64,000 nt of DNA from the NCBI RefSeq assembly GCF_006345805.1, contig NC_043016.1:12834001-12898000 (forward strand), written 5' to 3'. The DNA is from Octopus sinensis. Its lineage: Eukaryota. Below, one piece after another: positions 51,677 through 64,000 of the stretch. A model generated the notes under the pieces. That model saw only the letters and a list, made by a program, of their open reading frames with translations. It was not told where the DNA came from and ran no database searches. How positions within the stretch are numbered: the first letter of the stretch is position 1; each line of letters begins with the position of its first letter. The position numbers and the translations under genes are program-made.

Positions 51677-52135
51677 CTTTCTGGGCCTTTCCTGAGAAAA
51701 TGTCTCTCTGGGAGTCAGCCCATATATAGGAGGTGGGGTGAGAAATTTTTCAACAATTCTTACATATTGGCTATCTGCCTCATCAACAACGTGAACATAT
51801 TTTAACAGGTCTGTGTTGTGTGTAATTTATAGCACTATCCATAAACTGCATGTCTGTATTATTGAGCTCATACAAATACTTGTTCCTTTAAAACATAGTT
51901 GCAGAGATGTCCTAACTAATATATTATAGTTATTATCAAGAGCACAGACTGAAATATCAGGAATTTAAGGACTAAAGAAGCTATCCAGATTAGTAAACTA
52001 AATTCATCTATTAACAATTGGCATGAACTGAGCTAATTGGCTGCATTAACACTTTCGGCTAGTGTGTTCCACAGCTTTCATCTAATATTAGCATTAGAAA
52101 AAAAAAACAAGTTGTTTCATTATCTAAATCTAGAT

Positions 52136-52444
52136 CAGTGGTTCTTAACTGGGTCCATATGGTTTTTGGGGACCCATTTTTAAAATTTTGTTAAAATTTA
52201 TTTTCTACAATAAATTAGTTACACTTCTATGATACACAAAATATTTTAGCAATTTTTTTTATGATTTCTAATAATATTTAATAATAAAAATATTTAATTA
52301 TAAATATATATATTATAAATTTAATTTAATTATAAAAATATTAATATAAGATTCTTTGAAACATTGAATGGTTAAGAGGGTCTATCTTAGTAAAATAGGA
52401 ATCAAAAGGTTCCATAGGTAAAAAAAAATGGTTAAGAAACACTG
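52136..52444. mobile_element. hAT-type MITE
   Basis: CAGTGGTTCTTAAC...GTTAAGAAACACTG; perfect 8-bp TSD ATCTAGAT. Confidence 0.88.
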
Positions 52445-52657
52445 ATCTAGATGGAGCTTGTCCTTTCCTTTCTGTTTTATTTTTGTTTGTTTTTTTTGGC
52501 ACTGTTTTAAATTTGAAATATTGATGTACAAGATAAAAATATAAATTGGTGTTATTATTTTGCTTTGGTTTTGCTTCTGTCTACACTACTTTATTTCTAC
52601 ACTTCCATTGTAGTGGCTTTCTTCAACATGCACATACAAACACACACATATATACTA

Positions 52658-52738
<81 letters not shown>

Positions 52739-53356
52739 GTGTGGTAATTAACCATACATAGATCTAAGAAAAAGACACATCTTAATTTATCTAATCATAA
52801 CATTTATTCATTTATAGCAAGGCTATAATTAGCTTGCTATAAATTGTGGTTGACCACAAGGAATTGAATGTAAAGCGACAGAAACACAGAGCAAGAATGG
52901 AATGAGTGTGTTTGCTACACAAGGAAAAAATTCTGATTTATTGAGCCATTGAAAATATCTCCAGAGTACATACTATTGAAAAAGATATGGAATTAACTTA
53001 AAATACTTGAGTGTTGTATGTGGTAACCAGACACACCTAACATTCATAAGGTGCGTTTTAAATTGTCTAATTGAGGCATTTATTCATTGAGTGTTTTCAG
53101 CTAATTATAAATTAGTTGGCCAGCATCTATATGAAAAAACCCCCCAAAAAAACAAAAGGAATGACTCACGAACATGCATATCCACTCCACCCCACCCAAC
53201 ATGTGCACACAGTGGAAACTACTTCTTGGGATCATTTTGGAACAGTTGTTTCATTAGTAACTGGTTGATAACATTAAGTAAATAGTTTAGGGCTCACAAA
53301 TTTTAACAACAACCTGTTCATTATCCACGATTATAAGTGACTGCAAATGTTTATAC

Positions 53357-53398
<42 letters not shown>

Positions 53399-53411
53399 AT
53401 GTATGTGTGTA

Positions 53412-53759
53412 CTTATTCCCAACTACATGGTTCCAGGTTCAGTCCCATTGTTTGACACCTTGGGCAAGTGAACTTTACTCTAGCCTTGGGCCAACCAAAG
53501 CCTTGTGAGTGGATTTGTGAGTGGACTGAAAGAAGACTGTGTGTGTGTGTTTGTTTGTTTGTGTTTGTCCTCCACCACTGCTTGACAACCAGTGTTGATG
53601 TGTATTTGCATCTCTGTAACTTAACAGTTTGGCAAAAGAGATTGATGGAATAAGTACCTGGCTTAGAAAGCACTGGGGTCAGTCACTTTGACTAAAATCC
53701 CTCAGGGCAGTGCCCCAGCCTGACCACAGTCTAATGGCTGAAGCAAGTAAAAGCTAGAA

Positions 53760-53760
<1 letters not shown>
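53412..53760 (+). mobile_element. SINE family A, diverged
   Basis: Family A motifs in order; head slightly truncated. Confidence 0.7.
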
Positions 53761-53794
<34 letters not shown>

Positions 53795-54476
53795 CAGTGT
53801 CATTTTCTTACAACTGTGACTCAGCGTCAAGACAATGAAACTAACACAAACACATACTCACTTATTATCCTGCTAGCTGGCCCTGCGCCATCAAAAACGA
53901 CAGTATTTTATATATAAATATGAATGGCCAATCAAATTAATACACTTGTCAATGTTGTCTTTTGAGATTTGACATTGATCATCATTTGTTACTGAAAGAA
54001 CACTGGTTCACACATACAAATGTTCACATACTTCCCTTGTACACGCATACACATACACTCACACATACACACATACACTCACAGAATTGAAACACTGACC
54101 TTTTTTACCGTAGAATTTCCATCATCTCACTATCAGCTTTCCTTCCTTATTCATCTATCACCCCTTCCTTTCTCATTTATATATGTTGTGACAGAGAAAA
54201 ACACGAGTATTATTATAATAGATGGTGTTTATTATATTTTTTTTTAGTTTCCACCTGCCAAATCCACACACATAGTTTTGGTCTGCCTGGGCCATAGCAG
54301 GAAGCACTCACCCAAAGAACCACACATAGTATTGAACCTGAAACCTTGTGGTTGGGAAGCAAAATTCTGGCCATATGACCATGCTTGAGTGAATGTAACA
54401 TTTCATTGTGAATATATTTACTGCTAATTACTCAATGAGGCAGGATTGCTTAAAATGGAATATCTTTGATCTTAGG

Positions 54477-54477
<1 letters not shown>

Positions 54478-54511
<34 letters not shown>

Positions 54512-54692
54512 CTCACTCACCCTTTCTCTCTCTCTCACACTCACTCACCCTTTCTCTCTCTCTCACACTCACTCACCCTTTCTCTCTCTTTCACACTCAC
54601 TCACTCACTCTTTCTCTCTCTCTCACACTCACTAACCCTTTCTCTCTCACACTCACTCACTCACCCTTTCCCCCCTCTCTCACACACACACA
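54478..54692. repeat. (CT)n grading into a ~26-bp minisatellite
   Basis: ctcacactcactcacccttttctctct-like units. Confidence 0.85.
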
Positions 54693-55239
54693 TTGAATAA
54701 TGTAGTTCTGAATAAAAGATGGGATAGCCATTTCTGGAATGTCCTTCATCATGGTTTTGCTCACTCAGGACTGGTCTAGGGCTACACCACTGTGACAACA
54801 ATAAAAAAAAGTTGATCTCATCCTATTCTAAAACACACTCTGAACTTTTTGCACAACACTTATTTACAAACCTTGTTCGTCTCATAACCTTTCCTGCTAC
54901 ACACAAACAAACAACCTGGACACAACACACACTCCTTCCATTTCCTTTCAATGATAATAATGACTCATAAAAACGACACATTATTCTAGCTTCTAGTATT
55001 AAGAGACAAGTATTCTCTGCAATCATTTAACTTCTTCGATCCTCTAGGTAAATAGGCATGAAATGAAATTAGATATTTTGTGTCGAGAATATTATGTCAC
55101 TCCTTCTGAAATAGGCCTCACAAATAATGCAATTTTGTTTTTCTATCAAAATGTATTGCATGTACATACAAAAAATAGTGGCCTGTCGGAATACCTTATT
55201 TCTTAAGATATACCAATTCCCATATTGTAATTTATATAT

Positions 55240-55400
55240 GTAATATATAACATGTAAGAATATTAATATTGTTATATGTGTAACATAACACATGTAAGAA
55301 TATTACATATTTATGTTGTTATATATGTAATATATAGCATTTAAGAATATTACATATTAATATGCAGTTAGTGTATTACATATTAGTATTGTTATATGCA
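55240..55400. repeat. AT-rich imperfect minisatellite (~40-45 bp)
   Basis: (ca)tgtaagaatatta...ttgttatat recurs 3-4 times. Confidence 0.65.
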
Positions 55401-55689
55401 TGTAATCAGTAATACTGAGTAAATTTGTATTTCTCCAGATTTATTTTTCTAGTGTTTCAATATTTTAAATGTGAAATTAAAAATGCTTATAATTAAATCC
55501 ACCCCCAATCAACCATTTCTACGTGCATTGTACACTTCGTTTCTAATATCTACCTCATCACTGCTCCTCCTGATCATCTTCTACCTCCCCTACTAAACGG
55601 GAGTGAATAACTATGCACTGCTACCCTTCACCTTCTCTCATACTTTGTCCCCTATTATAAAGCTGATCCCTTCTCTCTCAAGGTTGTCA

Positions 55690-55930
55690 AGGTCTTGTAA
55701 GCTGCATGGCAACCTCACTAATGCTGGTGCCATGTAAAAAGCATCCAGTACGTTCTGTGAAGTGGGTGGCATTAGGAAGGACATCCAGCTGTAGAAACCT
55801 ATGTCAAAGCAGACACTAAAGCATGGTGCGGTCCTTGGATCTGTTGGATTCTGTCAAGCCATCCAGCCCATGCCAGCAAGGAAAATGGGTGTGAAATAAT
55901 CATGACGACAATGTTGACGATGATGATGAT
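55690..55930 (+). mobile_element. SINE family C, diverged
   Basis: ...gtaaaaagcatccagtac...aggaaggacatccagctgtagaaac...gatgatgatg. Confidence 0.7.
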
Positions 55931-57606
55931 GGGACTGCTGATACTAAGTATACTACAGCCAAAGCATTAGAAATTATTTTTATGCAAACTCAGCCGTCCG
56001 TTTTATTTAGATATTGAATGTATAAAAACTTATTGAATGAACTTGTTTTTAACTCGTGTTATTTCCATAGTAGTCCTGTACTGAGTGATTCATGGTATTT
56101 CACTGGGAAGGTCTTCAACTTAATAAATATCACACATTCAGAATTCATTTACTTTTCTCTTTCTTGCATCATTCTTTGAATGTCTGTCTGTCTAGTTATT
56201 TTCGTTGTTATATCTATTTATCTATCTACCATATTATAGAATTAATATCTAGCTAGGTTCCCTTGTCCTATTTAGTATAAATTTGTAGCAAATTCTAATA
56301 ACATTTAAACATGTTGAAATGTTCCAATTTTTTTTTCTTATTCTCATGTTTGGGAGGGTCTGAAAAGGAGATCTGTGTACACCACTCCTTTTTTTTTTTG
56401 CCTGTTATTTTGTTTGAAACAAGTATTTCACAGTGTAATATTCTTATTAGTAATAAATCTATTGCAAAATAGAAATGGTGTCAGTTAATATGACACCACT
56501 GTTAGAAACTAATAAAGCAATTTAGTGACATTGACAGTCTGTCTGTACGTTGAAGCTTATGGCAGAAGCTATATTCTTCCAATGTCGGTTAAAAAAAAAA
56601 TTGTGTATTTGGAATGTTTGTTCTTCTAATTAAGTTAAAATAGCAAGCAGTTTCAGACTGGCCACCAAGTTATAACTCTCTCTTTTGGAATTTGTTGGGG
56701 ATTGGGTGTTTTATAAACAGTTTTATGTATTTTTATGACTATAAACTTGTGTTTCTGCACACAGATTGACAAGCGTTTGTCACCTGCCGATATATTTATT
56801 TCATTAACTTGTCTATTTAATTGCTTTACCATCATCATCTGGTTGAACTTGATTGGACATTTTTAACCCACACACGCACCATCCATCTTGGTCCTGCAGT
56901 TGATGTGGGACGAATATCTAAGTGAATGTGAGTCGTGGTATGTCTTTTGATTGCTAATTTCTTGTCTCTGGCTGCAGGTTCTACAGGCAATCATTGCCAA
57001 ATTCTGATCTAGAATTGTTTGACAATGTGACAATGTTTTAGCTATTGTAGTAGCAATTAATGTTTTTTGTTATGCATGTGTATCATCGTAAAGCAAATAT
57101 TTAGAAAATTCTGCTATGCTTTCTCCAACCCTTTTTATATAAAAGGGTTTAAATTTATAAGTTCTTGATCAAGAGGTGATACCACTTAATAAACCAGTTT
57201 GGATTCACAAGTCAATTATCCATATATGACATGTAAAATAAAAAAAAAAAAGAAAAAAAAAAGCAGCTTTAGAAACTGGTGGTGGTCTGTCAGCCAAAGT
57301 TATTGAGGGAAGATAATGAATTTGGATAAAGTTGTGTCAGGGTAAGAGAAGGAGGCATTTGATATTTTTGGGATTATCCTTTTGTCTAAAAGAAAAAAAA
57401 AATCATCGGCTGATATCAATATTTTACATCTTGGGTTGTACTTGTTGGGTTTATTATAAACTATTTTACTTTACAAATACTTTACAAATACTATAATCAT
57501 GTGCTTAGTTTTGAAATGAAATAGAAACAGTGTATCCCAAGATACAACAGAATATTTCAGCTGATGAGTTGAGGTCAGGGTTCTTGCAAACAAAATCAGA
57601 GATGTA

Positions 57607-57659
<53 letters not shown>

Positions 57660-58739
57660 GCATTCTGAAATATAGTATTTCAGTCCATCTTTTTGTAAAC
57701 CACATAGAGATATGAAAAACCAATAATATGACTTATGGTTACTTGTTGTGTAATCATTTTAAAATTGTTCACTTCTATTATATATATATGTATATATATT
57801 TGCTTGTTCATGAAGGAAAATATCAATATTCAAAATGAATTGTTTAATCTGGATACTTCATTTAATACAAAAAAATGCTTTGTGTATCGTATCTGGTAAA
57901 ATTTGTAACAACTTTTTAACCAAGTTTTTTTAAACTGAAGCAGTGTCAAAGATAGTGATGGCTATTTAAATCAGTTATTCCTAGCTGAAAACTACTTTTG
58001 TTATGTTAATTATGAACTGTGTTTTATGTTTCTGCAAATTCTCTTGCAGAAATGAAGAAAGGGAAAATCTTTTATGCTTCCATGTAGTATAGGGAAATTA
58101 AAAACAACTTTGTCATCTTCAGTTTCTGAAATTCGTTTTTTCTCCCCCATTAGAAATGTATCCATTTTGGAAATAATGAATGACTAAATTTGGTGTTTGT
58201 TGCAGCAATATTTAAATAAAAGCCTAAATATTCCCACAATTGTAAATTCTTCATTTGTTCATGTATGCATATATGCACACACCTCTGCCAACTTTCAACT
58301 AATTGCCCTCACTTCCAAAGTCTCAAATACAGTTTTTGGAAACTCTTGTAAACAGTCGCCTCTCAGATGGCTCAGTGTGGGAGCTTCTATATTTCTCACT
58401 TAAATCTGTCCAAAATAGCAGTCAAATCTCCTTCAAATCACACCTTACCATCTTAAAAGTAATTCAACTGAAAAAGACAAGGTGATCACACTGGAATATT
58501 GTTGATCTAAGTTTGCTCAATTGAAGTTAACTTGGAGTTAGACAACTTCCTCCACCCCATCTCTCCTTTAGCATTTTGAGTTTGACCCTTCCTAAGTGTT
58601 CATCAGCTTGGTTTTCTAGATCCACATCTGCTGGAGATTTTCCTATATTTTGCATCAGTGGTTTCTTGCTTTTGAGAATTTTAGCAAAAGCAGTTTTGAT
58701 GCATTTTACATTAATAAAACCTTCAACCATGTTTATTAA

Positions 58740-58994
58740 CCCTTTCATTACAAACTCGGCTGAAACCATCTCTGGCTCTGTAGTACAAATGGCTGAAACC
58801 GTCTCTGGCTCTGTAGTATTAATGTCTTGTTTTCATAAGTTTTTAATTAAAATTTTCCACCAAAGCTTAGTCACAATTAATGTTCCTAACACTAGCTTAA
58901 TGATAATTAAGTTATTTTACTAAAATTCTTTGTCATATCTAAAATAATTGAAAGAAACACAGAGCATCTCAAAATAAATACAGTAATGAAAGGG
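58740..58994. mobile_element. piggyBac-type MITE with an internal ~33-bp tandem duplication
   Basis: TTAA|CCCTTTCATTAC...GTAATGAAAGGG|TTAA; ggctgaaacc(a/g)tctctggctctgtagta occurs twice. Confidence 0.82.
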
Positions 58995-59747
58995 TTAAGT
59001 TTGTTGCTTATTCATGAGCACTATTTATCTTTCTCATCTTTTGAATTGAAAATTTCCCATCAGTCCATCCCATAGCATTGTACACTCATGGACTACCTCT
59101 GACCTCTCGCCCATACACCACCAATTTTGATGAAATCTAAACTCTGTTTCCCCACATTTTCTTTTTGTACCAGCGAGATTAGCCTGTTTACTGTCATTTC
59201 GATCACACACAACCTTCCTTTCTCTCTCCCACACATACATACATGCATGTGTGCATGCTCATTCTTATATAGATGTCAGCCCTATTCCACTTTAACCTTT
59301 GAAGCAAGTATCAAGTCAACAATGGAAGCCCTTGGGTGGCTTGGCCTGTTGGAAATAGCAGCCAAATCTCTTTGAGATCACAATTTATTTTTAAAAAAAC
59401 ACAGTAGGCAAAACTGAAATGCATTTGATGACCTGGGTAAGTTTGATTAGAACTGATCTGGTGCTAAACTGCAGCAACATTCTGGTTTCATCACCATCAT
59501 ACAGCATAGAATATCTCACCCTGAATTTTCACTGCTTCTATGAACAGAGATTTTGAAAACTTCCTTCAGTGAGAATATGACAACAGCATAAAAATCCAAT
59601 CTCTTCACAAAACAAAGAGTCTGATGCATCATTCTTTTGTGATGAGCAATACACATCTAAAACCCATCAAAATTACAATAACTGCTGGGCCTCACCATTT
59701 TTTGTTTTGTGACACCCTCACATAGACCTGACATGATTAATATCAAA

Positions 59748-59965
59748 TGGTGGCAAGCTGGCAGAAATGTTAGCACATTAGATGAAATGCTTAGCGGTCT
59801 TTCGTTTGTCTTTCACATTCTGAGTTCAAATTCCACTGAGGTCAACTTTGCCTTTCATCCTTTTGGGGTCGATAAATTAAGTACTGGTTGCATACTGGGG
59901 TCAATCTAATCGATTGACCCCTCCTCCCCAAAAATTGTGGGCCTTGTGCCTAGAATAGAAAAGAT
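59748..59965 (+). mobile_element. SINE family B
   Basis: ggtggcaagctggcagaaatgttagc...gccttgtgcctagaatagaaaag. Confidence 0.8.
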
Positions 59966-60879
59966 TACTGAAATCAAAACAGCAGCTCAAAGACTAGGCA
60001 CTCTGTTCAAAGCCAGAAAATACTTTGACTCTGATCAGTTAGTAATTACCTACAAATTCCATATGTAACCTACAGTATAGAGATGCACACAGACAGGGCA
60101 AAGTGATGTTGCTGCTATACAGATAAATCCTTATCTGAAACTGGAAACCAAGGCCAACAAACTGATATACAAACATTCACCCATGAATAGGACAACAAGT
60201 ACAACATGACTTTCTGGACATTGTTGGTCCAGAACCTCATACAACCAGCACTAATTTACACTAATAAACAGGTATCATCATCATCATCATCATTTAAAGT
60301 AAATTTAATATTTGTTTAATTCAGAGTGTGTTCACCAAGGTAACTAGCTCTGGTTTGAAAAGGTCTCTAGACCAGAAAGGTTTTTGAATCAAAGGCTCCA
60401 AAAAATCAATGTTGCACCTGTATTTAATCTCCTCTTAATCCCTTCTAAAATGGCCTCTACTCCTCCGATCTTGGTTATTCGCAGGCCCATCTAATGCTTT
60501 CTCCTCTAATCCTCATCCCTGTTGTGTGTCATCTCCTAGATTCCTCTACGTATTTTTACTCCATCTTTCCTCACAGAAGTACAATTCTGAAGTTCCTGCC
60601 CAAGGTTAGTTCTGATCAGAGGGTTTCCGTCTGTGTCCTTCATGCCTCTTGTTTAAGTGCTTGTAGGACTATATTATCTCTTGTATATTTCCTATTTCAA
60701 GATGCTTAAGTGTGATTTGAAGGAGATTTTAGTTGCTATTTCTAGTAGACAAGTGTCTCCTCCTTTCTTTGTTTTTCCCGTCAGTGTTGACCTACAGATG
60801 TTCAAACTTGAACCTTAACCACATCAACCATGTTAGTCTGAGAAGACCTGAAGTGCTTGGCATTTCTTTTGACTAACAT

Positions 60880-61490
60880 TTCACTTGTTCTTGTACTCAT
60901 GTGTTCTCACACTCATCACTCACTTGTTCTTGCTCTTCCACTCACTCACTCACTCACTTTTGCACCCTCTTGTATGCTCTCACTCGCTCTTGTTTTCACT
61001 CACGCTCTTACTGTCACTCGCTCTTTCACTCACGCTCTTGTTTTCACTCGCTCTCTTAACTGTCACTCACTTGTTCTTACTCTCACTCATTCTTTCACTC
61101 ATGCTCTTACTCTCCCTCATTCTTTCACTCACGCTCTTACTCTCACTCACTCTTTCACTCACGCTCTTGTTCTCACTCGCTCTCTTAACTGTCACTCACT
61201 TGTTCTTACTCTCACTCATTCTTTCACTCATGCTCTTACTCTCTCATTCTTTTACTCACGCTCTTACTCTCTCATTCTTTTACTCACGCTCTTACTCTCA
61301 CTCACTCTTTCACTCACGCTCTTACTCTCACTCGCTCCTTCACTCACGCTCTTATTCTCACTCGCTCTTTCACTCATGCTCTTACTCTCACTCACTCTTT
61401 CACTCACGCTCTTACTCTCACTCGCTCTCTTAACTGTCACTCACTTGTTCTTGCTCTCACTTATTTTCCTACTCATTCATTCTCACACTC
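60880..61490. repeat. CT/CA-rich minisatellite, 30-bp unit with higher-order duplication
   Basis: cactcacgctcttactctcactc(a/g)ctcttt repeated; block ...cttaactgtcactcacttgttc... recurs at ~61055, 61185 and 61430. Confidence 0.9.
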
Positions 61491-62110
61491 GTTCATTCAT
61501 CCCTTTTTCTATGACAGTAAAAATGGAATTAAATATTCTTGAACATATAAATTGTTGGAGGAAGTGTTTTTACAGCTGTATGTCTTATCTGCTGCTAACC
61601 GAACTCATTTGTTGAGCAAAAGCGAATCTGTTGCCAGTCAGCTAGATTGAAGCAAGCAAAGTTACTTACCTTCTCCAAAAGCAACACACTGGTCATAACT
61701 ATAACTAATCACATGACCATTTTTTTAGCTCATGGTCCACTGATATAGCTCAGAGCCACTGTACATTACTGATTCGATATTTAGATTTAACAAATGGTAT
61801 TGAAATACTTCCTGTGTGATAATTTAAAATACTTACTAGCATACAGTATTTCAAATTTGTATGTAGTACTATTTTGCTTAACTGAAAAGCTTTTATATGT
61901 ATTTATTTTCATCAATTTTATCATTTAATCTTAATTGTAGCTGCTCAGAAATATTTTGCACATAATTTGGTAATTTAATCTTATGCTTATAACACTCATT
62001 GTTAGGCACTAAAGTATACTAAAATTAAATAAAATTAAATCATTTTCAAAATTTAGTTCTTTTATTAATTAAAATATAAAATAACAAACTTCATACTAAC
62101 TTTCCTTTAG

Positions 62111-62152
62111 GATTGCATGCAAAAATCTGATGAATGAAGTATTATTTATATG
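62111..62152 (+). other. Candidate 42-nt exon (poison cassette or UTR+ATG exon)
   Basis: ctaactttcctttag|GATTGC...TATATG|gtaagt, near-consensus signals. Phase-0 reading DCMQKSDE* then a terminal ATG; the phase-2 reading is open. Confidence 0.4.
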
Positions 62153-63325
62153 GTAAGTAAAGAAATCTCGCTTGAAAGTTTAATTTTTCAGTGAAACTTT
62201 GTAGTTTCATAAATAAATAAATAAATAAATAAAACAAATAGAAAGAAAATGAAGACAGTGGTCATTAAATGGAATCAAAAACTAAAGCTTTATTGTTGTC
62301 CTGTTTGCCAAATGCTCAACTACCTAGGAGTGATATGCATTTTGAAGTTATGTCAATAAATACTTCAGGTATTGAAAACCAGCTACATTCTTGTGTGTTT
62401 GTACACTTCCCGTTCAATATATCTGCTTTCTTTTTTTTTTGTTTTCTTTTGTTAGGCCAGGGGCAAATCATCGTTCAGTGCATGAGTGTTATAATATAAT
62501 GAATTTCCAGCTTGTAAACACATCTTCTGTGTGTTATGTGCTCTGTGTAAATGGCATTCCGTAAAGTCTAATCTAGCACAAAGGAAGCAATTTAATGGTG
62601 TTGATATTAATATCCTTTGGAGGAGATCAAAAAGCATTAAAACATACAAATCTATCAACAAGGAGTTACAAATAATATCTAGTCCATATAATCTTTGTAG
62701 GAAATATCAAAGGGTTCCATGGTTTGCACTTTGTGGTTATATCATAATTCCTTTGTGCAGTTGTAAAAACTTCCCTTTTTATCTGACATGTCTTTGAAGT
62801 TGGCTTCCAATGGACTGGCTATTTACAATTTAGGCATGTGCTGTTCTTTGTGGCTCAAGTTTTTATTGCTTGTTTTCTTTTCTTTTTTTTTTCTTTCGTT
62901 CTCCCGCCAAATGTTTCAATCACATGCAATATATGCACCTGCAGCTGTAATTTGGTTAAATATTTCTATTCTCACATTAATTAGCATCAATGCAATTATT
63001 TAATCCTTTCAATAGCAACCCACCTGAAAACACCTATTAAACCAATGAAATGTCAGTTTAACATGAAAAATTACGTTCTGAGTTCAAATTCTGTTGAGGT
63101 TGACTTTGCCTTTTATCCTTTTGGGGCTGATAAAATAACTACCAGTTGAGTACTGGGGTGATTTAATTAACATATCCCCCTTTGCTGAACTTGCTGACCT
63201 TGTGCCAAAATTTGAAACCATTATTATTGTTCTTTTTAACTTTGGTTTTGTTGTAACTCCTGCAGCCTTTGCATGCATAGCAGGCTTGCTGCCAGTAGCC
63301 TATGGTACCATGCTATCTGTTCTTT

Positions 63326-63570
63326 TCAGCTATCTAATACTTTCCTGATTATTCTGGCCGTGCCAAGGAGGCAAACCTTTTGTAACAGTTCTACTTGGCA
63401 TTCTATTCCAATCTCCTTTTTATTCCTTTTCATGCCTTCTGATACTGTCCCCAAGGACCCAACAATAATGGACACTATCTTCACCTTCATTTTCCATAGC
63501 CTGGCTATTTCATACTTAAGAGGATTGTGTAAATATCTTTTTTTCTCCTTCCTTCTTGACTAATCATGAG
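63326..63570 (-). mobile_element. R4/Dong-clade retrotransposon 3' end (REL domain)
   Basis: KYEIARLWKMKVKIVSIIVGSLGTVSEGMKRNKKEIGIECQVELLQKVCLLGTARIIRKVLDS*. Confidence 0.78.
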
Positions 63571-63613
63571 TCAAGGGGACAAGCAACATCAGCATTATTA
63601 TAATGATAATAAT

Positions 63614-63992
63614 ACTCTTCTCTCTTTACTCTTTTACTTGTTTGTCATTTTGACTGTGGCCATGCTGGAGCACTGCCTTTAGTTGAGCAAATTGACCCCA
63701 GGACTTATTCTTTTTTGCTGAACCGCTAAATTACGGGGACGTAAACATACCACCATTGGTTGTCAAGCGATGTTGGGGGGACAAACACAGACACACAAAC
63801 ATATACACACACATATATATACATATATACAACGGGCTTCTTTCAGTTTCCGTCTACCAAATCCACTCACAAGACTTTGGTTGGCCCGAGGCTATAATAG
63901 AAGACACTTGCCTAAGGTGCCATGCAGTGGGACTGAACCCCGAACTATGTGGTTGGTAAGCAAGCTACTTACCACACAGCCGCTCCTATGCC
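63614..63992 (-). mobile_element. SINE family A, young
   Basis: Matches 26650-27073 with a short internal deletion. Confidence 0.88.
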
Positions 63993-64000
63993 TAAATATT

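Noticed and set aside
58527-58769. 80-aa minus-strand ORF
   Set aside because: Its start lies inside a MITE; with the MITE removed an upstream stop remains; no recognisable domain.
60857-61615. Longest ORFs (252 aa and 182 aa)
   Set aside because: They lie entirely in the CT/CA minisatellite; low-complexity, with no domain or splice context.

Overview
AT-rich, repeat-dense eukaryotic DNA. The SINE/MITE repertoire points to an octopus (Octopus sp.; inferred from repeat families, not verified). Almost the whole window appears to be intronic sequence of a plus-strand CEP170/CEP170B-like gene. Only one coding exon is well supported (31110-31226, first half of the FHA domain); several short candidate exons are weaker. 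The rest is tRNA-derived SINEs of several families, hAT- and piggyBac-type MITEs, Helentron-type elements, fossils of RTE, R4/Hero-type and mariner elements, and micro/minisatellites. Essentially all ORFs in the supplied track are repeat artefacts. The most notable signal is a set of hammerhead ribozyme (HHR) motifs in unrelated repeats. One is a complete canonical type I HHR (14159-14220, minus) inside a 347-bp partly tandem, retrozyme-like unit. Two are minimal Penelope-type HHRs (38050-38097 in a ~400-bp foldback, and 49336-49373). Several degenerate copies are also present. All structures were folded by eye; no alignment or database search was run.
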